Virus record (IMG/VR): IMGVR_UViG_3300045902_000133
DNA length: 64,000 bases
Direction: 5' to 3' (one strand)
Source: an uncultured virus (IMG/VR IMGVR_UViG_3300045902_000133)
Lineage: Duplodnaviria > Heunggongvirae > Uroviricota > Caudoviricetes
Below the pieces are notes generated by a model, which was not told the DNA's origin, did no database searches, and worked only from the letters and a program-made list of their open reading frames with translations. A program made the position numbers and the translations under genes. Positions 49,583 to 60,203 of this stretch are shown here, piece after piece (the first letter of the stretch is position 1; each line of letters starts with the position of its first letter).

Positions 49583-49801
49583 TTATAGTTTAAAGAACCG
49601 ACGTATTGCGGTCTTCGGGTTTCGTTGTGTTTTGATTTTCCGTTGTTTTTCTTCATGTATTGCAGAAGTCAGTTTCTGTGTCTTGCGCAATAATGTCTTC
49701 AACAAGATGATGTGCTCGACATATTCTTCATCTGTGAGCATGTTTTCTCGCCATTCCATATGAAGTTGTTTCAAGCACTTCCGATATTCGGCTTTGGTCA
49801 T
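49583..49801 (-). CDS. Small basic hypothetical protein (only credible minus-strand gene)
   Basis: MTKAEYRK..., followed on the minus strand by the GCCCCGGA/TCCGGGGC hairpin and a T-run at about 49545-49576. Confidence 0.4.
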   Translation of the reverse strand: MTKAEYRKCLKQLHMEWRENMLTDEEYVEHIILLKTLLRKTQKLTSAIHEEKQRKIKTQRNPKTAIRRFFKL

Positions 49802-50478
49802 TGGCGTGGATACACGAGGGGTTAGGACGGGTGATGTGGAACCTGAGACCTCTGAAAACAGAGACTCAGAGAACCACACCAGTAAAGTTTGAAAGACGGA
49901 ACAATGTTATAACATGATAAGAGAGGTAACAATGACTTCAAATATATTATAATACTGGCCTTTCTAGTTGAGCTGAGTGCTGAGTCTATTGACCATCACC
50001 CGCCAGAATGCACTGGCTTGTCCATTGGTGGAGTATCGGCCCTCGTATTCCTATCTGGCTAACCAGAACCACCTTGCATTTTACATTTCGGTAAGGGAAA
50101 TGCACCAAACCCCTGCTCAACTACCCATCCCGTTTTTTCAGGCGACTTTACATTAACCCATCGACCCAAGGCGAAAACGGTGTCAGAATACCTTTACTAC
50201 TACAATATATATCATCCAACATTGTGAAAGTTAGCAAAACATCCGTGGAATTTCAAGACACATTGAATTGTAAAGATTTCATACAACTTCGTGCTCACGG
50301 ATAAACACGGGTCATGACCACCGAGCTCAATTCAGCTTTTCCTCAAACACCGCTGATTCAGCTCCGTTTAATTCAATTAAATCGTTTTGTAACAATTCGG
50401 TCACACAGCTTGATTTCTGACTCGGTCCATATTATATTACCAGTATTGATCGCCACCCACATAAGAGGAATCGTTGAC

Positions 50479-50823
50479 ATGCCAAAGATGCGAAAGCAGG
50501 CCCATCCCCAGACCGGTAACAAGATGATCGAATGCCTGTTTTGTCGGACTCCAACTCGCACGGATAACAATACGTCGGCCTTGCTGTGTGGGCGTTGCGT
50601 CATTCGTCTGAGTGATCCGGTGTCGCGGCCCTCTGTGGCACCTGAAGTCGTGGCGGCACGCAAGCAAGCTCGAGCCGAGCGCAAGGCTGAACGCAAGGCC
50701 ACCGTGCCGAGCGGTCGTGGTCGAGGCTGGCACCTCAAGCGCTTGTTTATCTGGGAAGGTCAGGCCTATAGTTTCGGCAAGCCGATTTCCGCTCAAGCGG
50801 CTGCCCAACTCGCCAACAGTTAA
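50479..50823 (+). CDS. Zn-finger hypothetical protein
   Basis: CLFC...LCGRC...GRGWH. GAGG RBS. Confidence 0.65.
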   Translation: MPKMRKQAHPQTGNKMIECLFCRTPTRTDNNTSALLCGRCVIRLSDPVSRPSVAPEVVAARKQARAERKAERKATVPSGRGRGWHLKRLFIWEGQAYSFGKPISAQAAAQLANS

Positions 50824-50872
50824 CACGCGGCGTGCTTGGTTTACAAGCGTGATCACCAATTCACGATTTTCC

Positions 50873-51172
50873 CAATTCGGGTCACCCCTGAACGTGATGG
50901 TGTTTCTCATTGGCCCAATTCAGCATCTCCCCGGATACCAAGTCCAATTCAGCTTTTCCTCAAATTCCGTTCACGATGACCGCTGACAAGCTCGATTCAG
51001 CATCTCCGGGCCTGATTCACAATTCGTGCAGACATGGCCTAATTCAGCATCTCCCGTCCCCGTTTGCAATTCGGGTCACCCCTGAACATGATGGTGTTTT
51101 TCTTGGCCCAATTCAGCATCTCCCAAAGCCAAAAGCTCGATTCAGCATCTCGTGGCCCAATTCAGCATCTCC
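50873..51172. repeat. Dispersed repeats: 6x ATTCAGCATCTC plus a ~58-bp near-perfect pair
   Basis: 12-mers at 50918, 50995, 51042, 51111, 51140 and 51160. Long pair at 50873 and 51067. Confidence 0.85.
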
Positions 51173-51483
51173 CAGGACACGAAGCCTAATTCACGATCTC
51201 CCCGAACACCGAGCCCTATTCATCATTTCCCGGCCCCGATCACGACGTTCATCGGTATACACACTCATGCGATCACGTCTGATCATATAACGCCGTTGCA
51301 CCTCCTCGCTCCCACCACATCACCACCGCTTATATCTTGACATCGGAACCACAATACATGGAACAACCTGATATCATCGCTGACCTCGCCCGCCTCATCG
51401 CCTTGGCCGGTGTGGCCTTGGTCTATCACGACGACGAACCCGAAGAAACATCGAAGCCGGCCGGCTTTTTTGTGTGCAATCAC

Positions 51484-51757
51484 GACCGAAGAAAATCGGA
51501 AACCGAATAAACGGCGAAACCGAACCGTTCCCGAAACCGAAGAAACACCGACAAAGCTGATAAACCGAACAAACACCGAAACCGAAGAAACACCGACAAA
51601 GCTGATAAACCGAAGAAACACCGACAAAGCTGATAAACCGAATAAACGGCGAAACCGAACCGTTCCCGAAACCGAAGAAACCCCGAAACCGAAGAAACCC
51701 CGAAACTGAAGAAACCCCGAAACTGAAGAAACCCCGAAACCGAAGAAACCCCGAAAA
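51484..51757. repeat. A/C-rich tandem repeat array
   Basis: 5x 17-bp ACYGAAGAAACCCCGAA (51671-51755), 3x ACCGAAGAAACACCGACAAAGCTGATAA, and 2x ~47-bp block. Confidence 0.9.
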
Positions 51758-51984
51758 CAATGTAACGGCGGATTATCCGAAAAAAGGGCGAAGCTGTGCA
51801 AATGTAAATATTGCAAGGGGTTAGCGGGATAAGCTCACCTAATATAGTAAATCGTAAGTTATTATGCAATAACAACTTATCCTTCGTTATCAGTTTGTTA
51901 CAAACGGTTTGTAACGACCGTGTAACAACGGATTGGGGGGGGGGGGCACTTGTGAAATTGTAAAAATCGGCTATATTCCACCAT

Positions 51985-52365
51985 ATGAAAATCAATAACG
52001 CTTACCGCCAGGCGCATCGCGCCGATCAGCTCGCCGCCGACCTTATCGAGCAAGTGAACGACCTTGCCGAAGATACCGAACCCGACACGGTAACGGTGCT
52101 GGTGGCGACGCAGTATCTGGAGAATTACGGCGCTCACAATTGGGACGGCCAGGGTGAGGTTCCGTCCTATTGGAAGGCGAAGGGCGGCTCGGATTACCTG
52201 GTAACTGGCGTGCCTGCGCACCTGAGCGTCGAGGACGTGCTCGCTCGTATGAGCGACCGGTTTGAGCATAGCTCGCCGTATAGTCGCGAGTATGTAATCG
52301 GTGCCCGTCTCGTGTCCGAGGGATACGATTTCGATAATGTCGAATATATTCCGTTTCAGGCATAA
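51985..52365 (+). CDS. Hypothetical early protein
   Basis: TQYLENYGAH.W...WKAKGG. Directly follows a promoter, possibly leaderless. Confidence 0.65.
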   Translation: MKINNAYRQAHRADQLAADLIEQVNDLAEDTEPDTVTVLVATQYLENYGAHNWDGQGEVPSYWKAKGGSDYLVTGVPAHLSVEDVLARMSDRFEHSSPYSREYVIGARLVSEGYDFDNVEYIPFQA

Positions 52366-52515
52366 ACCCAGAGTGTCCTAAAAAGAGGACACACACCGGT
52401 GTGTAACGACAGTGTAACAACCGCCGATTTATGGGAAAATGCACTTGAAATCGGCCACGAAATCGGGTAGGTTTATAAGTCTTTCTCAATACCCTTCAGC
52501 GAGGATACTAACTGC

Positions 52516-53412
52516 ATGGCGCGTCATTACGTCAATCCCGTTGGACCCGATGGAAAGCGCAAGCGTGGCCGCCCCGCAAAGAATGTTGCGGCTGCCGCCG
52601 AGGCGCAGTTGCTTGAACAGATTCAAGCCGAACAAGACACCAACGAAACCGAAGCTGAGCGCGTCAAGCGTATCGCGGAACGTTTTACTGTGATGTATAA
52701 GTTGACGCACGGTGCAATCGGCGGACATGTGCGCTCATTGATCGTGTCGGGTGCTGCGGGCACGGGCAAGTCCTATACGATCAATCATCTGCTTAGCACG
52801 GCACACGAGCGCAATCAAATCCGCTATGAACCCGTCACGGGTGCGAACGTTACGGGTATCAATCTGTATAAGTTGCTGTTTCGTATGCAGAACGAGCGGG
52901 ATATTATCCTGATGGATGACTCGGACGAAATCTGGAACGACGAAGTTTCGTTGAACATGATGAAGGCAGCGCTGGATACTTCCCCTGTGCGGCGTTTGTC
53001 GTGGTTCTCGGAATCGTCGGTGTTGAAGGCCGAGGATATTCCGCAGCAGTTTGAGTATAAGGGTTCGATGATCTTCATTACGAACAAGGACTTCCAGACG
53101 ATCATCGATATCGGAAAGAGCAAGGTTGTTCCTCATTTTGCCGCGTTGATGAGTCGGTCCATTTATCTCGACTTGAAGTTGCATCGTCCGAAGGATCTGC
53201 TTGCGTGGGTGTTGCACATGACGGCGAAGAATCACATCCTGGTGCAGAATGGATTGACGCACGCGGAAGAGAATATGGTGCTTGACTGGACCCGTGAACA
53301 CTATACCGAGTTTCGAGAAATCTCCATCCGCACGTTGATGAAGATTGGCATGTTCGTGAAGACGAGTCCGAGCGATTGGGAAACGTTTGCCAAGGTCACC
53401 ATTCTGCGCTAA
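52516..53412 (+). CDS. P-loop ATPase with N-terminal AT-hook-like motif
   Basis: KRKRGRPAK, GAAGTGKS, LMDDSD, IFITN, SR. Confidence 0.75.
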   Translation: MARHYVNPVGPDGKRKRGRPAKNVAAAAEAQLLEQIQAEQDTNETEAERVKRIAERFTVMYKLTHGAIGGHVRSLIVSGAAGTGKSYTINHLLSTAHERNQIRYEPVTGANVTGINLYKLLFRMQNERDIILMDDSDEIWNDEVSLNMMKAALDTSPVRRLSWFSESSVLKAEDIPQQFEYKGSMIFITNKDFQTIIDIGKSKVVPHFAALMSRSIYLDLKLHRPKDLLAWVLHMTAKNHILVQNGLTHAEENMVLDWTREHYTEFREISIRTLMKIGMFVKTSPSDWETFAKVTILR

Positions 53413-53447
53413 TCGGCGCACCATCATTCATCGAGGAGGAAAGAAAC

Positions 53448-53729
53448 GTGTTCAAGAACGAAATCGCCACGGTTGATCACATCGCTGGTCTGACCAATGA
53501 TCTTCACATCGCAACAGATTTTCTTTGGGACGACACCGAAGACATCGCGCAGGCGCTGCGCGACTTGGATTTCGAAGAGTTGACGGACGACGAAACCGAT
53601 TCCATTTTCGATTCGATGGTCGATGCAGAGCGATGGGCGGCGCGTCATCTCAAGGAGTTTGATACGGTGCTTCGCAAGATCATCGCTGCACGTCGGAAGC
53701 TCGGTGATTTCCCCATTACCTCGGAGTAA
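53448..53729 (+). CDS. Acidic hypothetical protein
   Basis: GAGGAGG RBS, GTG start. Confidence 0.6.
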   Translation: MFKNEIATVDHIAGLTNDLHIATDFLWDDTEDIAQALRDLDFEELTDDETDSIFDSMVDAERWAARHLKEFDTVLRKIIAARRKLGDFPITSE

Positions 53730-53735
53730 TCAAAG

Positions 53736-54110
53736 ATGACCGCAATCAGCAAGAACGTCGTGCGTGATCTTCGCCCCGTGATCGAGCGAGCGATCAACGA
53801 TGTGCTCGTCAAGGCGGGTCTCAATGCTCGGGCCGAACTTGGCCGAATCACCTATGTGCCGGATCAGGAGTTTCGTTGTAAACTCACTGTGAATCAGTTG
53901 CGGAAGAACGTGGTCAAGTCGCGCCCGAGGGTCGGCGAAAACTGGATCTTCAATGGCAAGCGGTATCATGTCGAGGCGGACAACGGTGCGACGTTCGTTG
54001 TGTCGCGCCCGAGTCGCTCTCGTCGCGCCCGCTTTGTGAGGGGTCGGGGTATGGTGGCCGATTACAAAGTTGCCGCCGATCTGCTTGAACGTTTGGGAGT
54101 GCCTGCCTAA
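53736..54110 (+). CDS. Hypothetical protein
   Basis: GGAG RBS. Confidence 0.6.
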   Translation: MTAISKNVVRDLRPVIERAINDVLVKAGLNARAELGRITYVPDQEFRCKLTVNQLRKNVVKSRPRVGENWIFNGKRYHVEADNGATFVVSRPSRSRRARFVRGRGMVADYKVAADLLERLGVPA

Positions 54111-54298
54111 TGCCGCGCAAACTCCCGAAATCAGGCGTCGAACAGTTCGTGCGAGAGCTCGAACGACACGAAACGCTATGCCGAATGATCGGAGCGGGCG
54201 AGGGCGATTATGGAAAGTTAAGCCGCGAAATCGGCACGGTGCGAAATAAACTAATCAAACTGTTCGAAGCAAGAAAAGCACACGATGACAACATATAA
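54110..54298 (+). CDS. Hypothetical protein
   Basis: TAATG coupling to the upstream gene. Confidence 0.5.
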   Translation: MPRKLPKSGVEQFVRELERHETLCRMIGAGEGDYGKLSREIGTVRNKLIKLFEARKAHDDNI

Positions 54299-54449
54299 AC
54301 CGTAAAGCGGTGATCCGACGACGTTACCAGTTTGTTACGGGCGGGTTTGTAACATCAATGTAACAACCGAGATCATCCCTTGTATTCGGCGAGCGACTGT
54401 TATATTATACATTGTGAAAGCGATTCCAACCTCTATGGAGAACAGCACG

Positions 54450-54644
54450 ATGGCAAAGCTGATCCGCAATCAAGCGTTTGACGTGTTCCGCACCGAACGT
54501 GATCTTTTCGGCGGTTCCTCGACGCGGTGCATCGACACCGTTTTCTATTCGGAACACCCGAAGATGACTGTCGAGGAAGTGCGGCGCTCGCTTATCGAGC
54601 ACGACGGTTATCCCGCTGACATCGTCGTGCGGAGGGCGAAGTGA
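54450..54644 (+). CDS. Hypothetical protein
   Basis: IDTVFY...EEVRRSLIEHDGY..DI.V pattern. GGAG RBS. Confidence 0.6.
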   Translation: MAKLIRNQAFDVFRTERDLFGGSSTRCIDTVFYSEHPKMTVEEVRRSLIEHDGYPADIVVRRAK

Positions 54645-54865
54645 TGGCAAGGTTCAACCGAGTTCGAGCGGGGTCCGTTTATGTGTTCCGTCCTGTGATG
54701 ATTGATGTGATCTATCCTCAGACGGACGCGGAACCTGGTCAGCGCGTGCGCGTCGTGAATCTTACTGGCGCACCTAAGTGCAATACGGCGGGTCACTGCC
54801 ATATTGAATCGTTGGACGGCGACTTTCTCGGTTTGGTCCACGTCAACAGTCTCACTAAGGAGTAA
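54644..54865 (+). CDS. Hypothetical protein (SH3-like fold possible)
   Basis: GGAGG RBS and coupled to the upstream gene. Confidence 0.55.
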   Translation: MARFNRVRAGSVYVFRPVMIDVIYPQTDAEPGQRVRVVNLTGAPKCNTAGHCHIESLDGDFLGLVHVNSLTKE

Positions 54866-54869
54866 CATC

Positions 54870-55100
54870 GTGTCCGTTCAATCCGAAATCGACCGTCATC
54901 TCATCGACGCTGATCTCATTCGCCTTCGCAAGCTGATGGAATCGCATGACTGGTATTATGACTTCAGCGACGATTATAGCGTATGGTCGAGGGGTCACCA
55001 ACAGTATAACGCCATTCGCCGACTGGCGGAGTCGCTGGATCAGCGTGGCGTCAGCGATGAAGTTGACGAGCTGTTCAAGCGATATCGTCCCCAACCATAA
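54870..55100 (+). CDS. Hypothetical protein
   Basis: HDWYY.FSDD..VW.RG pattern. AAGGAG RBS. Confidence 0.6.
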   Translation: MSVQSEIDRHLIDADLIRLRKLMESHDWYYDFSDDYSVWSRGHQQYNAIRRLAESLDQRGVSDEVDELFKRYRPQP

Positions 55101-55339
55101 TCGGTAAAAGGGTGTCACAAATGTGATATCCGACCGACGTGTCACATCAATGTAACAACCGAGGTCATCCCTTGTATTCGGCGAGGGAATGTTGTATTAT
55201 ACATGGTAACAAAAAATCCAATGTAGGCGGGGCTGCATACAAGCGCCCGATAGTCGCGTTGTCCTTGACGCCGCGCCTACACCGGATTATTATTCTGGTG
55301 TGGGCCTCGATGTTTCACCTTTCTTTCGACGGAGCTAGA

Positions 55340-55594
55340 ATGAACATTCAGACTGCACGGTTCGTCCATCTCAGCGAGATTGTTGGGGACAAGCTCCATC
55401 TCTTTGAGCTTTTGGCTGAATCTTCGGACATGACGTGGGGAGACGCTAACCGCACCCTGATGGACGTTTCACGAGTACGAGGTGAACTGGTGGAGATGAA
55501 CGACAACCGGGAAGACGACGCCGAAGATATTTCGGACGTGTTGGCTCGCATCGACGCTATCCCTCAGGGGGTGTATATCGATATGGAGAACTGA
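55340..55594 (+). CDS. Acidic hypothetical protein
   Basis: GGAG RBS. Confidence 0.55.
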   Translation: MNIQTARFVHLSEIVGDKLHLFELLAESSDMTWGDANRTLMDVSRVRGELVEMNDNREDDAEDISDVLARIDAIPQGVYIDMEN

Positions 55595-55781
55595 CCTTTT
55601 TCTGGTTATTCCCATTCCCCCTGACGCCGCGCCTACACCGGATTATTATTCTGGTGTGGGCATGGTTTTCTTCTCTCTATTAAGGATGTCACAAATGTGA
55701 CACTCGACCGGTGTGTAACGGAATCGTAACAACTGGTTTCCTCTACTGGATTTTGCTTCATATATGGTATATGTTTACACT

Positions 55782-56411
55782 ATGAAAAATACTCCTCGCC
55801 TCCGCATGCCCAACGGTATGGACCTCAGTAAGTCGATGTCCCGTCCCGACTCCCGCGCCAACAAGGTGTTGGCATATCTTCGCACCCACCCGCACGCGAC
55901 GAAGGCAGATATTTTGCGTGATGTTTTCGGTCGCACCATCGTGAAAGAACTTGTGTATGGTCCCAATCGTGGGAACACGGTCACCCGAGGTTGGGGCGCA
56001 TACTTGTTCGGTTTGCTTCAGTCGCACGGATACATTCGTAAGACCCGAAAGGGTAATACCGTGACTTACGCGGTGATATCGTCTCCGTGTAAGTCCGACC
56101 TACACGGAGATGGGACGACCACAGTCTTCAAAGAAGGCACGAAAGTTTGGCCCGTTCATGCTCGTTCGAAAAATCCCGTAGTAGATTCCGTGTGGTGGCA
56201 GTCGGCGACCATATGGTGCGCGAAGTCGGTGAAGTTGAATCGTGCGATTACCATTGAGGAACCGCCAGTGGACGTGCCCGCCGATCCGAAGTTCTCGCGT
56301 TTTCTGGAAATGAACGCGAGAGGCGCGCGGTATGCAATCTACCTGTTCTCAAATCCCGTTCCACGAAAAAAGCATTTTGTGATCGGATTTGTGGCATCCG
56401 CTTCGATCTGA
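55782..56411 (+). CDS. Hypothetical protein, possible winged-helix N-terminus
   Basis: VLAYLRTHP.ATKADI...LQSHGYIRK. Follows a promoter. Confidence 0.5.
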   Translation: MKNTPRLRMPNGMDLSKSMSRPDSRANKVLAYLRTHPHATKADILRDVFGRTIVKELVYGPNRGNTVTRGWGAYLFGLLQSHGYIRKTRKGNTVTYAVISSPCKSDLHGDGTTTVFKEGTKVWPVHARSKNPVVDSVWWQSATIWCAKSVKLNRAITIEEPPVDVPADPKFSRFLEMNARGARYAIYLFSNPVPRKKHFVIGFVASASI

Positions 56412-56521
56412 TAAATGGATTGTGGTAATGTCACAAATGTAATGTCCGGCCGATGTGTAACGGAATTGTAACAACCGCCTAGGGGGCTTGTTATTCTGTC
56501 GGGAAGTGTTATTATTATTGT

Positions 56522-57280
56522 ATGACCAACACGATCAAGCTTCTCACGACGGGCAACCCCAAGGTTGCCAAGGGCCAGTCTCAGGGTTACCTGACTAACA
56601 TTCTCCACCTGGCCCCGAGCCGTATGTCGGGATACAATACGTGCCCGATGGCGACGAAGGGTTGCGCCGCTGCGTGCCTCAATACGGCGGGGCGTGGCGG
56701 ACTGTTCGCTGGTCACGCGACGGGCGTTCTGTCAGGTGCCGACCTGGTACAGGCCATTATGGACGGTCGGATCACGAATAAGATTCAACTTGCCCGCATC
56801 GCCCGCACCCGATTTTTCTTCGAGAATCGTGCGGCGTTTATGGCGCAACTGGTGAAGGAAGTCAAGGCGGCGATCAAGCGTGCCGCGAAGTATAACCTGA
56901 CTCCCGTGTTTCGTCTGAACGGCACGAGCGACATTCGTTGGGAAACGGTGAAGGTTGACGGTTTCGACAACATTATGGCGATGTTTCCGAATGTGCAGTT
57001 TTACGATTATACGAAAATCGCCAACCGTCGCGATCTGCCCGCTAACTACCACCTGACGTTCTCGCTGGCCGAGAGCAATCTTGCCGACGCCGAGCGGGCG
57101 CTCGCCAACGGTATGAACGTTGCTGCGGTGTTCCGCACGGTGCCCAAGGTGTTCCTTAGTGTGCCCGTGATCGACGGCGACGCAACGGACCTGCGGTTCC
57201 TGGACCCGAAGGGTGTCATTGTCGGTCTGAAGGCGAAGGGCAAGGCGAAAAAGGACGATAGCGGTTTCGTTCAGAACTAA
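56522..57280 (+). CDS. GP88-family protein
   Basis: LHLAP...CP.A..GC...CL...GRG, RLNGTSD, FYDYTK, NYHLTFS, DGD..DLRFLD, LKAKG. Confidence 0.75.
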   Translation: MTNTIKLLTTGNPKVAKGQSQGYLTNILHLAPSRMSGYNTCPMATKGCAAACLNTAGRGGLFAGHATGVLSGADLVQAIMDGRITNKIQLARIARTRFFFENRAAFMAQLVKEVKAAIKRAAKYNLTPVFRLNGTSDIRWETVKVDGFDNIMAMFPNVQFYDYTKIANRRDLPANYHLTFSLAESNLADAERALANGMNVAAVFRTVPKVFLSVPVIDGDATDLRFLDPKGVIVGLKAKGKAKKDDSGFVQN

Positions 57281-57293
57281 ACAAGGGGCCACC

Positions 57294-57593
57294 ATGAATA
57301 ACTTTCGTGTGAAGGTTGGAAGTAGCAGGAGCGTTGCCGTTCCCCCGCGTGATGCGGTGCGCCTCGGCAACGATGTCGTGTTGGATATGGCTAACTGTCT
57401 CATCGACAATATCGAGCGAGATCGCAACAATCTCGTGCGCGAACTCAGTGACCCCGATGATGTTCGGCAGTACTTCGTGTGCTCTGGTGATGTGATGGTC
57501 AAAGCGCTCGTGAGTCGCGGCGACAACGATTCGGATTTGCAAATTGAATTGTATATTTGCCAAATTGAGCGCTATGCGCGTTTCGCAATCTAA
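57294..57593 (+). CDS. Hypothetical protein
   Basis: AAGGGG RBS. Confidence 0.55.
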   Translation: MNNFRVKVGSSRSVAVPPRDAVRLGNDVVLDMANCLIDNIERDRNNLVRELSDPDDVRQYFVCSGDVMVKALVSRGDNDSDLQIELYICQIERYARFAI

Positions 57594-57626
57594 TCAACCC
57601 AACCCCACTCAACAGGAGAAAACCAT

Positions 57627-57896
57627 ATGTTCAAGCGTGCTCAGGTTCTTCGCGTCACCCGTGCCGTTTCTACCGTTAGCGGCGAACTGGTTCCCGCTGG
57701 TACTCGCGTTGTGATTCTCAAGCAGGAGGAAAACGGATCGTGGCGCTGCAAGGTGCAGGATGCGTCGCTTGAGACGTTGCGAGGCGCACGAGTCGTGGTC
57801 GGTGCCTCTCGTCTTGAGCAGACGTTCCGTGGTCGCCCGAAGGGTAGCACCAAGGCGGCGTCACAGCCCCAGGCCCCGCAGCCGCAGGAATCGTAA
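57627..57896 (+). CDS. Hypothetical protein with RGRP AT-hook-like tail
   Basis: AGGAG RBS. FRGRPKG motif. Confidence 0.6.
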   Translation: MFKRAQVLRVTRAVSTVSGELVPAGTRVVILKQEENGSWRCKVQDASLETLRGARVVVGASRLEQTFRGRPKGSTKAASQPQAPQPQES

Positions 57897-58052
57897 TTGT
57901 AAATCGGCAAAATCGGCCCCACTAGATTTTCTAGTGGGGTCGAGGCGGTGTGTAACGACCGTGTAACAGACGGTTTTGACCCCTTCCATTCTGTCGAGAA
58001 TGGGGGTATGTTCATACCATACGAAACGAACCCAACCCGAAACGGATTCGAC

Positions 58053-60203
58053 ATGCAGATTATCACCGAAAAGCGAAATGCCACCGTGGCTGGCATGAAG
58101 GCGCAGCGCGAGTTTACCGTCAAGGTCGGTGCGCACATTATGTCCGTGCTCAGCGGCCTTTACAAGAACCCCGTCGATGCTATGGTTCGTGAATACACCA
58201 CGAACATGTACGATGCGTGGCTCGCACTCAAGCGCAAGAACCCGAACGCAACCTATACGCCGTGCGAACTTCACCTGCCCACGGCGTTGTCGCCGTTCCT
58301 TGTGTTCAAGGATTACGGCGTCGGCATGAGCTTCGAGACTGTTTGGGAAGTGTATTCCCAGTATGGTAACTCCACGAAGAACGACAACAACGACGAAGTC
58401 GGTGGCTTCGGCCTCGGCAGCAAGACGGCGTTCTGCTACAACAACGGTCAGCAGTGGACGATTGAAAGCCGCTACAATGGCGAGCTGATGACGTTCATGG
58501 CGTTTGTTGGCGAAGACGGCATTCCGAACATCACGCACGTAACGACCGTGCCGACGAGGGAAGCGAACGGCGTCACGATTCGCATTCCGATCCGTCGTGA
58601 GCACGTGCAGGACGTTCACGTGGCAGCCCGTAAGTATGTGCCATACTTCCCGATGGACATCGTTGTGCTCAATGCCGATGAGCCGATCACGAAGCCGACG
58701 TATATCATTTCCGGCAACGGATATGGTATCGATATCAGCGGATCGCATGACTGGCGACGGTGGGGGCGCACCCGTATCATTATGGGCAATGTGCCCTACG
58801 ATGTTGACGTACAGCAGTGTGATCTCAGCGGATGGAATCTGCTACAGAACAACGTTGATCTGTATGTGCCGATTGGCACCGTGGACATTGTGCCGTCACG
58901 TGATGACCTGAAGTATACGGATCGCACGATTGCCTCCGTGAAGGCCGCGTTCGACGCAATGGTGCGTGATCTCGGCGCGGTAGTGTCTCGCACGATTGAT
59001 AACGCGCCGACGGAGTGGGCAGCGCACGCGCAGTTTCAGAATATGAACACGCTGCGAGGGCTTCGTGATGTTGTGAAGTCGGTCTGGTATCGTGGTAAAG
59101 AGATTGATACGACGCGCGGCGTCGTGCGCACGGCCGAAGAACTTCTGGCGCTCGACGATACGGCGGAGATCAGTTGCTACGGTGTCAGCAGCACGGTTCA
59201 CGGAACGCCAGAAGAGCAGTCCGGCGCAACGATGCGACTGGCTCCGAACCAGCATACGTACCTGATGATTGATGACCTGACGAAGGGTGCCGCCCGCGTC
59301 GCAAAGGGATACTGCTACACGCACCTTGTGAATCGCACCCCGCGAGCGGGGCGGACGCTCAAGTATGGGCATACCATCGGTCACGTTGTTCTTGTGAAGA
59401 CGAAGTTGACGAAGCAGCAGCTCAGTGATTTCTTCGGCGGGTTCCCTGTGAACGACATTCTGTTGGCTTCGCAGGTGAGCGGCAAGGTGAAGCTGCCTGC
59501 TGGTCAGAAGGGTAACGACGCACTCTATCGTTTCGACGGTGGTAAGACATGGGGTGCTCGTGTGAACGTGCCGACTGGTGGACCGTTCTACTACCTCGAG
59601 CTGCATCAGGATGTCCACAGCAAGCGTTGGGTGCCTGCATCGTTCGACGCTTCGGACGTTCGTGAACTGCTCACCATTGCCCGTGATCTCAAGATTGAAG
59701 TCAAGCAGTTGTATGGTATCAAGCACAACGAAGTATCAACGTTTGACGCTTCGGAGTGGAAGCCGCTCATTCCGACGCTGAAGGACGCCGCGCAGAAGTT
59801 GATTGATGCCGACCCGGCCGCTGCCGTGCGGTTCCAGCGTGAGATCACGCGGCCAATGGTGATGATGCGCAAGATTATCGACGCGGTTGGCATCCTCGCC
59901 GATTTCGCGGATTTCCACGCCGAACTCGCCCAGGTCAACAAGGTGAAGATGAACGAGAACCTTTTGATCGCACAGAAGATTTCTTCATCTTCGCGTCGTC
60001 TGGGCCTCAACGTGGAATGGCCGACCGTTGATAACAACATCGTGCCGTCATTGCAGACGATGTTGGACAAGATCATTGCCAAGTATCCGATGATCGGCGT
60101 GATGATCGGCATTGCACCTGCGTCAGGTTTCGGCTACGGTGGAACGCAAAACCCGTTTTACCAGTATAAGGATCAGATTACCGATTACATCACTAATCGG
60201 TAA
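58053..60203 (+). CDS. rIIA-like protein (GHKL ATPase N-terminus)
   Basis: LY.NP...VRE..TN..DA, DYGVGM, YG.STK...GGFGLGSK, NGVTI, MGNVPY, PSRD.L.Y. Lies upstream of the rIIB-like gene. Confidence 0.8.
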   Translation: MQIITEKRNATVAGMKAQREFTVKVGAHIMSVLSGLYKNPVDAMVREYTTNMYDAWLALKRKNPNATYTPCELHLPTALSPFLVFKDYGVGMSFETVWEVYSQYGNSTKNDNNDEVGGFGLGSKTAFCYNNGQQWTIESRYNGELMTFMAFVGEDGIPNITHVTTVPTREANGVTIRIPIRREHVQDVHVAARKYVPYFPMDIVVLNADEPITKPTYIISGNGYGIDISGSHDWRRWGRTRIIMGNVPYDVDVQQCDLSGWNLLQNNVDLYVPIGTVDIVPSRDDLKYTDRTIASVKAAFDAMVRDLGAVVSRTIDNAPTEWAAHAQFQNMNTLRGLRDVVKSVWYRGKEIDTTRGVVRTAEELLALDDTAEISCYGVSSTVHGTPEEQSGATMRLAPNQHTYLMIDDLTKGAARVAKGYCYTHLVNRTPRAGRTLKYGHTIGHVVLVKTKLTKQQLSDFFGGFPVNDILLASQVSGKVKLPAGQKGNDALYRFDGGKTWGARVNVPTGGPFYYLELHQDVHSKRWVPASFDASDVRELLTIARDLKIEVKQLYGIKHNEVSTFDASEWKPLIPTLKDAAQKLIDADPAAAVRFQREITRPMVMMRKIIDAVGILADFADFHAELAQVNKVKMNENLLIAQKISSSSRRLGLNVEWPTVDNNIVPSLQTMLDKIIAKYPMIGVMIGIAPASGFGYGGTQNPFYQYKDQITDYITNR

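Noticed and set aside
51855..51879. TAAGTT...AACTTA inverted repeat as a recombination site
   Set aside because: It is a single short imperfect palindrome and no recombinase is visible in the window.
51283..51995. Repetitive ORFs over the 51.5-kb array (also 45397..45751, 50910..51290)
   Set aside because: Open frames arise from low-complexity repeats in several frames at once, with no RBS.
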